DNA from: Nageia nagi
Taxonomy: Eukaryota; Plantae; Pinophyta
Reading direction: 5' to 3'
Assembly: GCA_050084985.1 (NCBI GenBank)
Contig: JBITNC010000001.1
Span: 102,672,001-102,736,000 of the forward strand
Length of the DNA stretch: 64,000 nt
Both the position numbers and the translations under genes were made by a program. A model generated the notes under the pieces. The model was given only the letters and a program-made list of their open reading frames with translations. It did no database searches and was not told the DNA's origin. Position 1 is the first letter of the stretch; every line of letters starts with the position of its first letter. Shown here piece by piece: positions 1 through 11,820 of the stretch.

Positions 1-1330
1 TACTATTAAGGAACTATTAAGACCATTATTATTTAACACCTCATACAAGAAGATGAAAGACATGTGCTTCCTCCTAATAATTGATTAATAATTTGCAAAT
101 GAGTCCAAAATATCCTTTAATATTAAAGTTTATTTTAATAGTGTTTTTACTATTAGCCCCATGTGGCAATAGTATGGGCACTCATTTTTAAACTTTTGCC
201 CCATTGAAATTTATTTTTATAACCTTATGTAAATTTTTAAATTTAAATAAGGTATATTTCTTTTTGCTTCTATTTTCAAATTCAAAATTCTAAACACAAC
301 AAGGAAAATACACCTTTAAATACAATGGTTACCTCATCCTATAGGGCAAGATTAATCCACACACATTTGCAACACATTTCCATCAAGTAATCAATAATCA
401 TAGCAATTATTCTACATGCAACTACATGATTTATGATGGTTATAGGGTGTGTCAGTGATCCAATGCCAATCATTTCCTCCTTCCCATTTTGTTCTTATCA
501 CCTATTCACCTTTTTTCCTTAGGGTCTTTGGATTATTTTCTTCATCTTGAGGTAACATGTTAGATGTATCATGGAAAACCTCAAAGCTAGCATCAAATCA
601 ACTCAAATATTACATATTTCCTTATCAAATTCATCATCACCATAGCATTATTCCAAACATTATCCATCTAAATACTTGATAATATTGGAGGTCAAATAAT
701 GTCTTGAGGTGGGTCATGATAGGGGTGGAGATTTCACAATCATATTTGGATCATCCATATCAAATAACCTCACCATTATCAATTCTCCATCCATTTGGTC
801 TCTAGTAGATCTTGTCCTAAATAATGAATATCCCCATCATCCACCATTCTAGTAGAACCAAATATTTGAAACATAATATCTCCTTAGGAAAACCTTAGGC
901 CTTAGGATTTATGTAGGCATGCTTATTCTCTTCCTAGTTATTTCTCATGAGTTTTATGTAGGGATGCTTCTCCTCCTTCTAATTCTCTCTCATAAGTAGA
1001 AGTGGATCTTTGAGTATGGGGCATTCTAGGGCTTCCTCCATTCCCAACTTCCCTCCCTTATGCTTCTTTCCTAGCCATACACTCATGTTGCTACTACATT
1101 TACTCCTTAATTATATTTATCATGTTTAATAGATTATCAAATCTCTCTTTGACTAGGTTCTTAAGTGAATTTTTTCTTCCCTCATGTGCCTTTTCTTCTC
1201 CATGTACATGCTCTAGATCATTCATCCAACTTTATTTAGATAGATCTACTTCTTGTCTCCATGCATCCTCCTTATACCTAGTTTGTGGTGCCATGGGATA
1301 CTTATTCCCCTTCGATCATTGGTAAATCTT
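1..1330 (-). pseudogene. Degenerate Ty3/Gypsy gag-protease region, truncated by the window edge
   Basis: Lies directly downstream of a tRNA-Met PBS and LTR. Minus-strand remnants near 60-170 resemble the approach to a retropepsin (I/L)DSGSTH motif. No open frame remains. Confidence 0.5.
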
Positions 1331-1380
1331 CTTAGCTAATTACATTCAATAATCCTCCCACAATATGGTAGGATTATAAA

Positions 1381-1390
1381 TCTGATACCA
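1381..1390 (-). promoter_or_regulatory. Primer binding site (initiator tRNA-Met)
   Basis: TCTGATACCA is the reverse complement of TGGTATCAGA and lies 1 nt from a TG/CA LTR end at 1392. Confidence 0.8.
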
Positions 1391-1391
1391 A

Positions 1392-2091
1392 TGAGATAAA
1401 ATATTAGTTATGTAAGTAATAATTCAAGAAATGAGAAATAATAATAAAATAATATGATAAAACATCCAACACATAAGCCAAAATTAGATAATAATAATAA
1501 AAACTCAATATTAAGCAATAAAGGAGCAAGATACAACCAATATAATCCAGTAGAGTTGACATCTAGTTTAAGGGACCAAAGCTAGGGTATAAAACACTCC
1601 AAATGCTACTAGAAGCTAATGCCACACTGCTAGGACCTTCAAACCTTAGATATGAGATGCAAGATTGGATTGAGGGTTTCCATCCTTAGTCAATATATAA
1701 TGAGGGATACATCCCACTAAATCCTTCTTATGCTGGGTTTCCATCCAACATGAGGCCCAAGAGATGGTGTTTCCATTTTGAAGATAAAATATGTTTAATA
1801 TGCTTAAAGATATATCCTCACTCCTATGCAAACCATATATATAAGGATTTCCCATGTTTAGTCAACTACACACCCATATAGGAGACATCATACTTGAGTG
1901 TTCCACCTCATGCCTTAGGATGACACCAAACCATATGATCACCCTTTAATCATATGTTGGGTATTGGGATCCCCAAAAGTACACTTAAATTCTCTAAACT
2001 ATCTCAAGGAGGGAGACATTCCATATTGGGGCTCAAAATTGGTCCATTGGACCCATAAGTCTCCTATCCCTAGGTTACAATAATGCCTACA
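1392..2091 (-). mobile_element. 5' LTR of a minus-strand Gypsy element (outer boundary approximate)
   Basis: Adjacent to the PBS. On the minus strand it begins TGTAGGCATTATTGTAACC and ends TTTTATCTCA. TATA-like TATATATA near 1835-1843. Confidence 0.6.
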
Positions 2092-2699
2092 ATATATTAA
2101 ATACTAATAACTACCAAATCACACCTAAAAAGGGACAAATAATAAAAAGGAATATCATAATTTCATTATGTTTTTATTAAAGGTGAAATTATGTTAACAT
2201 TAGTTTTTTATATAGGAACCAAAAACTTGTTCTTACAGAAATTAGGATATATCATTAAGAAAGTAGTTATTTGTAGTATCCTATACATCACTTCCAACAT
2301 TAGAAGGAGGGTCCATCTAGCTATAGTAACAAAAAAGAAAATAGAGATTAGTCACATAAGCATGGGTATCCATCTCCATTATCTATATTTTGCTAGTTGT
2401 AGCATTCTCCATCCTATACATGAAGTCCCACTTATCCTTGAGAATATTTTCTTACTGATTAGAAGGCCTATCTAGAGGAATACCTTTTGGTAGTCCCTTG
2501 ATGGATTGCTTCATTTTATGAATCTTTATTTTCCTTTCTCTTTGTGTGTTTTCATCATCATAGCCTTGCCTTATGGAATGGTGAACCACATGATATTTCT
2601 AGTGGTTTATAGATATGAATCCTATTTGTTTAAAGATTAGGTAGCTAAATTTATCAATTTAGGCCATCTACCTTTTCTTCACTAGATTGATCCTCAATA

Positions 2700-3657
2700 T
2701 TAGATAGAACCATTTTATTCAAGTGGCTCCTTCTATAGAGCTATTCTTAACTCTCCACCTTGCATGTTAAAGTAAGTACCTCTACTGTGTCTCTTATTGA
2801 GGCCTCGAATTTTGAAGATATGGTGGCTATACCATGTACTTTTGAGGGAAACAAATGAGGTGATGGATCTTAAGAAGGGTAAGGGGGTTTGGCCCAAGGG
2901 GGAGATGAAGGAGGGGGTGGTGAGGGAGTTATAGGGGTTGGGGGAGGTGGAGGAGGGGGAGGATGTGGTTATGGTGATCATCAAGACTATTAAGGTTGAG
3001 GTCTTGTTTGGTGAGGTTGTGGTGGTTGGCAAACGGGTCATTGGTGAAGTGGCTCTATGGCTTGGGCTCTACTATGAGAAAATTCAATTAGTATTTTGAT
3101 AAGACCTTGGTGAGTGGGAATTCTCCCCTTGTTTCTATATCTATATGAGTCAAGAGAGTGAAACAAGAAGTAAGAAAGGTTAACTTGAATCTTTCCTCTA
3201 AAGTATGATATTAAGATAAAATGATAGCCTCCAACCTCTAAATGTTGACCTTCTAAGTTAAATAATTTATAGAGATCTACCATGACAATATTCTAAGGAT
3301 AAGTTAAAGAATTTACCTTGTAGTTAGATTTCCTTTTGGTGGGCATTAACTCTCCAACATCTAGAAGTTTAGAATATTAGCTTATGAAGAAAAGACATTC
3401 TTGGAGTGTTGAATTCTTTCATTTTTCATACCCATGGCTACTGCAATCAAACTTGTACTAATTATAAAATTCAATCCATGTACAATGATCCTTCCTTTTT
3501 TCCATGACTCAACAACCTATTGAGACCAATTTTCATCATGCCCTTGAAGTGAATCTATGAATCCCTAGATTCCACCATTACACAAGATTTCCCACACAAC
3601 TTGGTCCTCTCAAAAACTATCTCCATTGGTTGGATCTAATCTTTTCTAGTTTGACAT
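2700..3657 (-). pseudogene. ORF3 of LINE A, unknown function (3' end approximate)
   Basis: ATG at 3657: MSN*KRLDPTNGDSF*EDQVVWEILCNGGI*GFIDSLQGHDENWSQ*VVESWKKGRIIVHGLNFIISTSLIAVAMGM...LEGQHLEVGGYHFILISYF...VNLSYFLFHSL...HQGLIKILIEF, then an S/T/P-rich tail. Collinear with ORF3 of LINE B. Confidence 0.75.
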
Positions 3658-3949
3658 AGGTCTTCTCAAAGTGTATGCAAAGAGAATACTCAAAGGTAAG
3701 AGGGTGAGAATGGGCATGCAAAGCACACACTTGGCACTCTTAGTATGAAAGTGTCACCATCCTCCAAGTATCATGTAGGCCATATAATTATAAGAATTAT
3801 CAATGGCTCTTAGTGATTCAATCTGTGGCCTTTCTATGGTCTTCCTAGAAAGCCTCCATATATCCTCCTTGAAGCATGTAGTGTTAATGCTTGCACATCC
3901 CAAACATGTGTAATCTAAAGTTTCTTTTGCTATAGTTATCCATGCGCTT

Positions 3950-6495
3950 ATTATTCCCATTATTGGTATTATTATTTTAAGCATTGAAAGTATCACATTC
4001 ATGTGAAATATCAATATCCCCACCCACCTTGCCAAAATCATCCATCTCATCAAACCCTTTACATCGAATGCATTGATTTTCATTAACCACCCCTCTTATT
4101 TTCTAGGTTAGATTCATGGGTCTCATGTGTGATTCTTGAAAGGTTCTCCTATTACATTCTTTCCATATTTCCTAGATAGTGTGTGGAAATAGGAGTCACC
4201 ACTAGAGTATGAGATCTTTTTTAATAAGAAGGGGGGCTATTTGTAAATTATTTCCTAGATAGAATGCTTTAGCCATTCCATGTTTTCTCCCAAGAACTCC
4301 TTTCAAAACTCTTTTTCATAGGGATAGTGTAAGAAGAGATGATCCACCAATTCTTCATCCTTGAGATACATCATGCATCTATTTGGTTTGACGAGGCATA
4401 TTTTTCTTAAATTATCAATTGTAAGGATATGCTTATGGAAGACCATCCAAAGGAAGTGGGATACCTTTGGGGTTAGGCCTGATGGAATTTAAGGATTCCA
4501 TAACTCTTCTACAAATTCTCAAGACAAGCATTACCATGCTTGATCAAGTTTGATCAAGTTTCATAATGAGTTTGTAAGAACTAACCCACCCTTTAACATT
4601 CCTTTTACCCAAGGGTAAGGTTAAAGGTGTTTCTATATTTATTCCTCTTTCTATATTTATTCCCTTAATGCTTTAAGGTATCTAAACATACTTTAAGCAT
4701 TAAGTGAATTTACATTAAAGAGAAATATTATATAATAAATATTACACAATATTACATTACAATTTGCAACAAGGCCTTTGATCTAGATTTTTTAAATAAG
4801 GAAATTTATTTCTAAAGTAGGGAGGAGGGACTTATATCATGATTTTACTAAATATTTCCCATCCTTGTCTAATTTCCATTTTTGTGTGTCCCTACATTGG
4901 TCTCCTTGGGGTATAATGATGGTACCTAAGATGATATTGATTTCATTCACTTCCTAGGAGAGATCCAAATTTAGAGAGTCCAATAACTTCCATTATTTTA
5001 TTCCATTGATCTGATGCATATAACATTGTTCCTTGGCTCCAATATAATTAATATCCCAAATTCTTCTATTTCCCATATTTTCCCCCATTCTTAGTGGTTT
5101 AGATCCTATCTAGTCATCATTTGAGAAGTTGATTAGTCTTCCATCCCCTAATGTCCATTGGAAACCATTCTAGAGAATAGGTTGTTTCTTAATTAGACTA
5201 TTCCAAAAAGCTTATCCATGAGGGATAAATTTTGATTTTAAGAATTGAGGTTCTTGTCAAAGGTATTTCTCTTGGAAAATCTTAATCCAATTCTTTTCCT
5301 CATTTTGATAAAGCTACCATCCTAGTTTACTTTTAAGTGCCAAATTAAATTTATGAATTGGTATCAAACCAAGTCCTCCATCCTTTTTTAGCAAGAAAAC
5401 CTTTTCCTAGATCACTAAGGCTATTCATTTCTTCTCCTCCATCCATGTATATAAAAATTTATTATAGATTTGGTCAATCTTTTGTAAGATACTCATTGAA
5501 ATATTAAAAATTAAGGAAAAATATATCAACATACTCTATAGGAAATATTTAACAAGTAGACATTTCCTTGCTATGCTAAGAATGACTCCTTTCCATCATA
5601 CCAACTTCTTCTAAAAATGTTTCAACATTCTCAACCATGATTCTTCTTTTGAGGGACCATACAATAGGAGCATGCCCAAGTATATGCTTGGAAGTTCTCT
5701 AATCTGGCATGCAAAGATATTAATAATCCTTCTTTTTCTATGAGGGGTTTGAGTAAAAAGAATCTTACTCTTGTTAAAATTTATTTTCTATTATGAGGTC
5801 TCTTCATAATCTTTTATGATCTTGAGGTAGTGTTTAGCTTCAATAATCGATACCTATCCCATTATCATGGTATCATATACAAACTACCCATGGGTAACCA
5901 TAGCATAAGTTGAGTCTAGTTTAATCCCTTTGATTCTTGCTAATCTCTCCCACTAATTTATTTTCCTCCCTATGGATTCTACCATGATTATGAACAAGCA
6001 AGGGGAAATGGGGTCCCCTTGATGCAACCCCCTTTCTAATGGGAAGAAACCTATTGGCTCTCCATTGATCAAGAATGAAAAGGTTTTTATAGACACACAT
6101 TGTTGGATCCATTCTCTCTAAGTAACTAAGAAACTAAATTTTTGATAAATTTTATCCAAAAAGGTCTAATTGACCCTCTCATATGCCTTTTGCATGTAGA
6201 GTTTTAGGAGAAACATTTCCGCTTCTACTTCTTAAGATGAATGAAGAACTTCATTAGATGATATAATCACCTTAATCAAATGGTATAATTAGGGGGGAAT
6301 GAATTTCAACCTATCGATCAATTTTTTGGTAATTATTTTGTATACCACATTGCATAGACTAATCGGCTTGAAGCTTTTAGAATTCTTTGCATCCATCACC
6401 TTGGGAATCAAGGTCAAAAAGGTTGCATTACATGCTTTTAAAAACTATATTCAATTGAATAATTCATATATAGCTTCAAATACCTCTATTCAAAT
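3950..6495 (-). pseudogene. LINE A ORF2, 3' part: reverse transcriptase and zf-RVT
   Basis: FKPISLCNVVYKII, KLYMQKAYERVN, frameshifted QGDP-SP motif near 6000-6030, YLGMLL, and the zf-RVT segment KVSHFLWMVFHKHILTIDNLRK...RCMM...DHLFLH. Confidence 0.9.
4573..4761. mobile_element. Short (about 190 bp) insertion in LINE A ORF2; possible small solo LTR/TRIM or MITE
   Basis: TGTAA...TTACA ends, non-coding AT-rich content and an internal repeat TTTCTATATTTATTCC x2. LINE-like coding sequence flanks both sides. No clean TSD. Confidence 0.4.
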
Positions 6496-7675
6496 TGTAA
6501 ATGCCTCAAAATCCCTATGCTTCAACCACTCAAAATACCTATGAGCAATTCCAAGGATCTTGAGACATTTGCATCTAATTTCCCTATGTGAGTTATTAAC
6601 AAGATTGAAAAATGTAGGGTTTAGAAATTATCATTTGTATTTTAATGATGCAAGAAGCTATATAGACCTGAAAAAAAGAAAATTATGAGAGACTTCAAAT
6701 CACAAGTCCTTGAGACCTTATGACCATCCAAGTGGGATGAAAACCCAACTCAAAAGTGTTGTAAGCCTCCTTTGTCCATAATCAAGAGGATAGTGGAAAC
6801 TATTGAAATGATTATGGTGCAAATATGATCTTGAGACATATAATATAGATAAAAATTATATAAGCAATTTTGAAAATGCTAATTGACAATGATATAACAA
6901 TGATATGATAAAGATTGATCAAAGCCTATGCATGCATAAATATTTTCCTAAATGATCAAAGATAATAATAATGATAATGGATGTAATATGAAGAAAGATA
7001 GAGCTAATTTAATGCTAATAAAATAATAAATATCCTTCAAACCCTAAGGTTTAGACCTTAAAGGCAAAACCCTAGGTTGAAACCCTAGGTATGAATATTA
7101 GCTTAAGTGTGCTTATATGCCAAACAATGATAAATACTCAATTCAAAAAGGGATAAAAGTCTTCAATGGAGGTTTATTTAAAGATTGAGAACCTAAAAAT
7201 ACCTTTGAAATCAATAATTAGTACCATAAGCCCATGAATTAACCATAAGGTACTTCAATCCATGGAGCATAGAGAAGTGGTCCCAAGGCATGAAGATGGA
7301 GGCTCAAAACTTGATGTAATCCTTTGAAGTTGATATCATAAATTTAGATGCATATGCAGTTGAGTAAAATAAAAGAGCTCATGAAAATGTGTATCAAGTA
7401 ATAAGAATTCCCAAAATGTGAGCCCATATTACCTTTTATAAACCTTAGATAGGATCTTCTAGATGAATGTGTGACCTACAAGATCATTTGGGTGACTAGT
7501 AAGTCATTTAGGTGACTGGAACTAGAATGTTAGAAATAACTTAAAATCCAAAACAAACTTAATCAAACTTGTCAAAATTGCTACAAAAAATGTTATTCAT
7601 ACATGATATGATAAATACCATAAATATTAGTATAACCCTATCAACAATGTAAAATGCAATTTTGGGGTGTTTACA
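6496..7675 (-). repeat. 3' LTR (1180 bp) of the Tat/Ogre element
   Basis: 17-bp imperfect terminal inverted repeat TGTAAATGCCTCAAAAT / ATTTTGGGGTGTTTACA. Segment 7296-7675 aligns with 19436-19817. Confidence 0.9.
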
Positions 7676-7690
7676 ATTGCCCCTTTCTGT
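7676..7690 (-). promoter_or_regulatory. Polypurine tract
   Basis: Minus strand reads AGAAAGGGGCAAT immediately before the LTR TG. Confidence 0.75.
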
Positions 7691-8014
7691 GCTAAGCTTT
7701 GAATCTATGAGAAGCTAAGTAAAAAAACATGTTAAAAAGTAAATTGATAATTGATAATGATAAATGATATAAAAACATAAAATAATTAGGATGAGAGCTA
7801 GTTTTGCCACATGAAAAGCCATATAAAATCATCCCAATCACTTGATTAGAGTTTGATTTCGATGCATGAAAGAACTTATAAGACTGAGTTGAGCATCATG
7901 AGGATCCAATGTAACCTAATTTTGGCACATGATAGGCTATATAAGATGGAATTGGACCTCATGATAATGACATTTAACAAAATATAGCAAGCGGATCAAG
8001 TAACCTATATAATA

Positions 8015-8345
8015 ATAAAGCAAAATTTTAATATAATCTAAGAAAATTTTTAATCTAATATAAGCAAAATTTTAATCTAATCTAAGCAAATCTAATCTAA
8101 GTGTGAAAAGGGAAATGATCTCTGCTTTGCCCCAAAAGTTGAAGGGTAATATGAAAGTAAATAATTTCTACTTTCCCATAGTAGTTGAAGGGTGTTTAAC
8201 TTTACTTTACCCCAATAATTGAAGGGAAGGATCATATGCTCCCAGACCTACCAAAAATTTGGTCGTAGCATGTAGGCATATGACACTTGACAAAGTGATA
8301 AATGATAATGATCTTTACTTTACCCTAGTAGATAAAGGGAAATGA
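8015..8345. repeat. Short tandem repeats in the Tat 3' region
   Basis: Reiterated AATCTAAGCAAAATTTT units at 8015-8101 and four copies of about CTTTxCCCxAxAGTTGAAGGG at 8120-8340. Confidence 0.7.
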
Positions 8346-9040
8346 TCATAAGGTCAAACTTACCAAGTGTTGGATCATAGAATGCAACCATACAATGCTT
8401 AACAAGAGTGAAAAAGTCAAACATGATGAAATCTAAGTATTTTGATCACCAATCAATTATGTCAAGCTAATAATCATCAAGTGAACACTTGCAATGAAAG
8501 AAAGGTTGACCATGCATTTGAGATGCCCTTGATAAAATCAAAATGTACTTACTAAGAATTGTAAAATTTTAATAAATTTTAAAACCATATGTGAATCTCT
8601 CCCCCTTAAATGGAGAGATGTGATGAACTACAAGATAAGATACTTGATTTTTTGACCTAACAAACCAAAAAATGATGATCACAACAAAAGGTTTACAAAC
8701 TAAGACCAAGAGAGAGCAAATCATCCAGATGAGTACAAGGTCATTTAGGTGATTAGGATTTGATCAAATCATTTGGATGATTTGAGGATTTTTAGGATGA
8801 TATAATTAGGGTAAAAATGAAAAATAAAAAGTGAAAAGAGAGTTTGATAGTTCATTTTGTGAAAGTGACCTATGCATTTTGACCTCTAAACTATTGAAGC
8901 TAAGGAAACCATCATGCTAAAAGGAGATCATGCTTGAATATAGATAATTATGTGAGGATGCATGGATAAATTTTGGATGACATGGTAGCAACATCGATCT
9001 CGAGAGGAGGACCACCTAGCGATGAGCTTGCACAAAAAAA

Positions 9041-9560
9041 GGTAGTTCAAAAGCTTTACATATGTGATAATAATCTTGTATAATGATTATCCTAAGAATA
9101 ATGCACTAAGAGTCACTTATGTTATTAAATATTTACAACCCACATCCACTAGACTAGCTAAGTTGCATGTAAGTAGAAAATAAATTAGGTTATGTTGTTA
9201 GGGTTGTCCCAAATGTTTTAGGGCATCTTGGTCATAGCCACAAATTACATAACCTCCAAGGATTATGATCCATGAGATAGTGTTTGCATCATGTCTGGTT
9301 GTTAAACAATTATCAAGCTTGTGTACTCTTCCATAGTGTGTATACATGTCTAATAAGGTAGTGAAAACCACAACAGTCAATGCAAAACCATTTTAAACTT
9401 CTATTTGATAGATGTCCATACTATCTCCTAAGGTTTTCATAGGGACATCAACTAGAAGAATGCTAGCAAATAGTTACAAGGTTTGATAATACACTTGATA
9501 ATTGTATAAGCTTAAAAGATGCTAAATGGTTTTAGAAAATCCATTTTGTTTTATACAAAG
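9041..9560 (-). pseudogene. PLS-class pentatricopeptide repeat (PPR) gene fragment inside the retrotransposon
   Basis: QNGFSK...FKLIQLSSVLSNLVT/FASIL...MDIYQIEV*NGFALTVVVFTTLLDMYTHYGRVHK...NTISWIIILGGY...DALK...LLTCNLASLVDVGCKY. This matches the PLS consensus YAQNG..ALxxFxQM..TFASIL..ALVDMYAKCG..VSWNAMI..ACSHAGLVDEG. Confidence 0.85.
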
Positions 9561-9959
9561 TTAATTTTGTTAGATGTTTAGTTTAAAATTTTAATTTTTA
9601 TGTTTTTGTTATGCTTCTTTTTTTCTTGTTAAACTAGCTACAAATCATCCTACACCTGGATGACTTGATTTAGGGGTTTTATGGGTGATTGGAATAGTCA
9701 TCCAGAATTGGGATGACTAGGGTAAATCAATCACCCTTAATAGGGATGATTTTAATTGAGATCAAGTAAACTAAAAAAATGAAAACATAAACTTCAATGC
9801 AACCTCAAAAATGCATCCTAAATGACATGTAGGATTGACATAAACATAGATACAATTGAATTAGGAGAAGGTCATAAAAACGTGATCAAATAAAGACTAA
9901 CAAACCTTAAAATTTACTTAGGCATAAGTTTCAACCTCTATGGACTAAGGTATGAGTAG

Positions 9960-11820
9960 CATTGACCCAGGTAGATTGGGATGAGTTAGAGGTGGGAGGC
10001 CTATCTAGAGCATCTAGGATTCTTCCTATAAAGGGAGATACATGAGTGCCAACTCTACTAGCAAAGACATATGATGAGTTGGTGGCAACATCACATGGGA
10101 GGAGAGTGTGAGGACTTTGCTATTGCTCCAAGTGTGGGCCTAGGAGCACATTCAGTAAGGGATATTGAATGGATTATCAGTGGTAGTCCATACATTATAT
10201 ATGATATGTGACATCCCACCTATGGCAAGAGTGGAGCTCCCCTATACATGAAAGTGGGAGCATGAATGAGAGATGCCATGGAGGTGCCCCAATGAGGGGC
10301 ACATAGATTGGTACAAAGTTATGCTAGAGGGGCTATGATCATAAGATGTGATATTCCATCCCTATAAAGGAGGACCCAAATGGGTAAATAAGGATGTGTA
10401 GTTGGCATTGGCATAATAAAATTGACTTATTAGGGGAAAAAATGTGTAATATGTTGAGATCTTTTGGTTTGATTAGGTGCATAGATAACATAAATTGGTC
10501 CAAGATGTTCCCCTAGACCCAATGCTATATGGAAAAGTAGATAAAGAGGACATGGTGAGGCCCAAACTAATATATATGGAGCCTAATGCAATGTTAGATA
10601 CTCCTATAGTTAGAGTAGTTGTAGATGATATGAGGACTACGATAACATATGAGGTATAGTGGGTCTCGTAGAGGGACTAGCTTCCAACTTGGATAGTGGT
10701 AGAGAGATAAGGGGTAGCACCTCTAGTTGATCCCTAGGTACCCAAGGGTGGGGTAGGCCCAGGAGAAGAGGAGGATAAGGCCATATAGGAGGCCAAGGAG
10801 GAGGTCAATGAGGGATATGAACCAAGCCAGGAGGGGACCAAGGAGGGGGTAGGATGAGGAGATTAGATTTTGAACCCTCGAGTAGAGATATCAAGAGATC
10901 TTATATCCAGGATCAATGACCTTCATAGATGAGAGGGTCACCCAATACCAAGTAAAGTAGGATGCTTTATAGGTGAAAATAGATAGTGTGTAGGCAAAAT
11001 TATCAATTAAGAAGAGAGCAAGGGTCATGAATGAGGGATTGGTAGACATATTATAGAGCTAGGTTAGGGTGGAGTAGGGGGCAAGGAATGTGGCTAAGAG
11101 TTAGGATAGTAAACTCTAGGGAGACATGCAAACCCTATTGGTGGTTTTTATGCCAATGAAGAGAGAGAGAAATATGTGTTGCAAGCATTGGAAAATGGTG
11201 ACATGGGCCTAGGGGAAAAGCCTACATGGCTAGTTAGAGTATGGGAGGTAATAGAGTTTGATACCTAGATCAAGGCTTAGATGATAGGGGTAATAATGGG
11301 ATTAGGGGAATTGACCCCTTTAGGATAGGTAGATATGTAATGATAGATGTGATATGCCCTCCATTATTCTGATAGGGCCATAATTAGGGCTCATGCATGA
11401 TAGAGATAGATAATTAAGGTCAACCTAATTCCAATGGATCTAGAGGCCTTAAGGATGACATCCCTCACCTAGAGCATGTTTAAGAGTATTTATTATAGCT
11501 AAAGGAGTGAGGGGAACTTGGTGCAAAAGGTATCACCACCTCAAAGGATGACCCTAGAGATGGTAGCAGTAATGGAGATAGAGATGATAGGGGAGGTAGG
11601 GACCAGCATCGGAGGGCATATGAGATAAGCTAGCTCACAGGTCATGGGAAGATTTTTTAGATCTTCTTCATTAGTAGGAAAAATTAGAGCAATTGATGAG
11701 GCATCCAATTAGGGGCTCCAATTGAGGGAAAAGGGGAGACCAACACTCCCTTAGAATATGTAGGAGGCATGATGACCCCACACCCTAGGGGTGGAGTCAT
11801 AGGACCATACTATGTATTTT
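9960..11820 (-). pseudogene. Decayed extra ORF(s) in the Tat 3' region, possibly plant-mobile-domain-like
   Basis: GC-richer, coding-like block: LAYLICPPMLVP..ISISITATISRVIL...SLL*L, a YFTWY motif, then a Pro-rich segment. Tat/Ogre elements are known to carry extra ORFs at this position. Confidence 0.35.

Noticed and set aside
2700-3657. ORF3 as LINE RNase H or as a nested Copia/Gypsy fragment
   Set aside because: No RNase H catalytic pattern, separated from ORF2 by a spacer, no LTR or TSD of its own, and at the same position in two LINEs.
7039-7090. AAACCCTA motifs resembling plant telomere repeats
   Set aside because: Isolated telo-box-like copies inside an LTR, not a tandem telomeric array.
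9041-9560. Functional PPR gene
   Set aside because: Internal fragment with stops and frameshifts, no start and no E/DYW domain.
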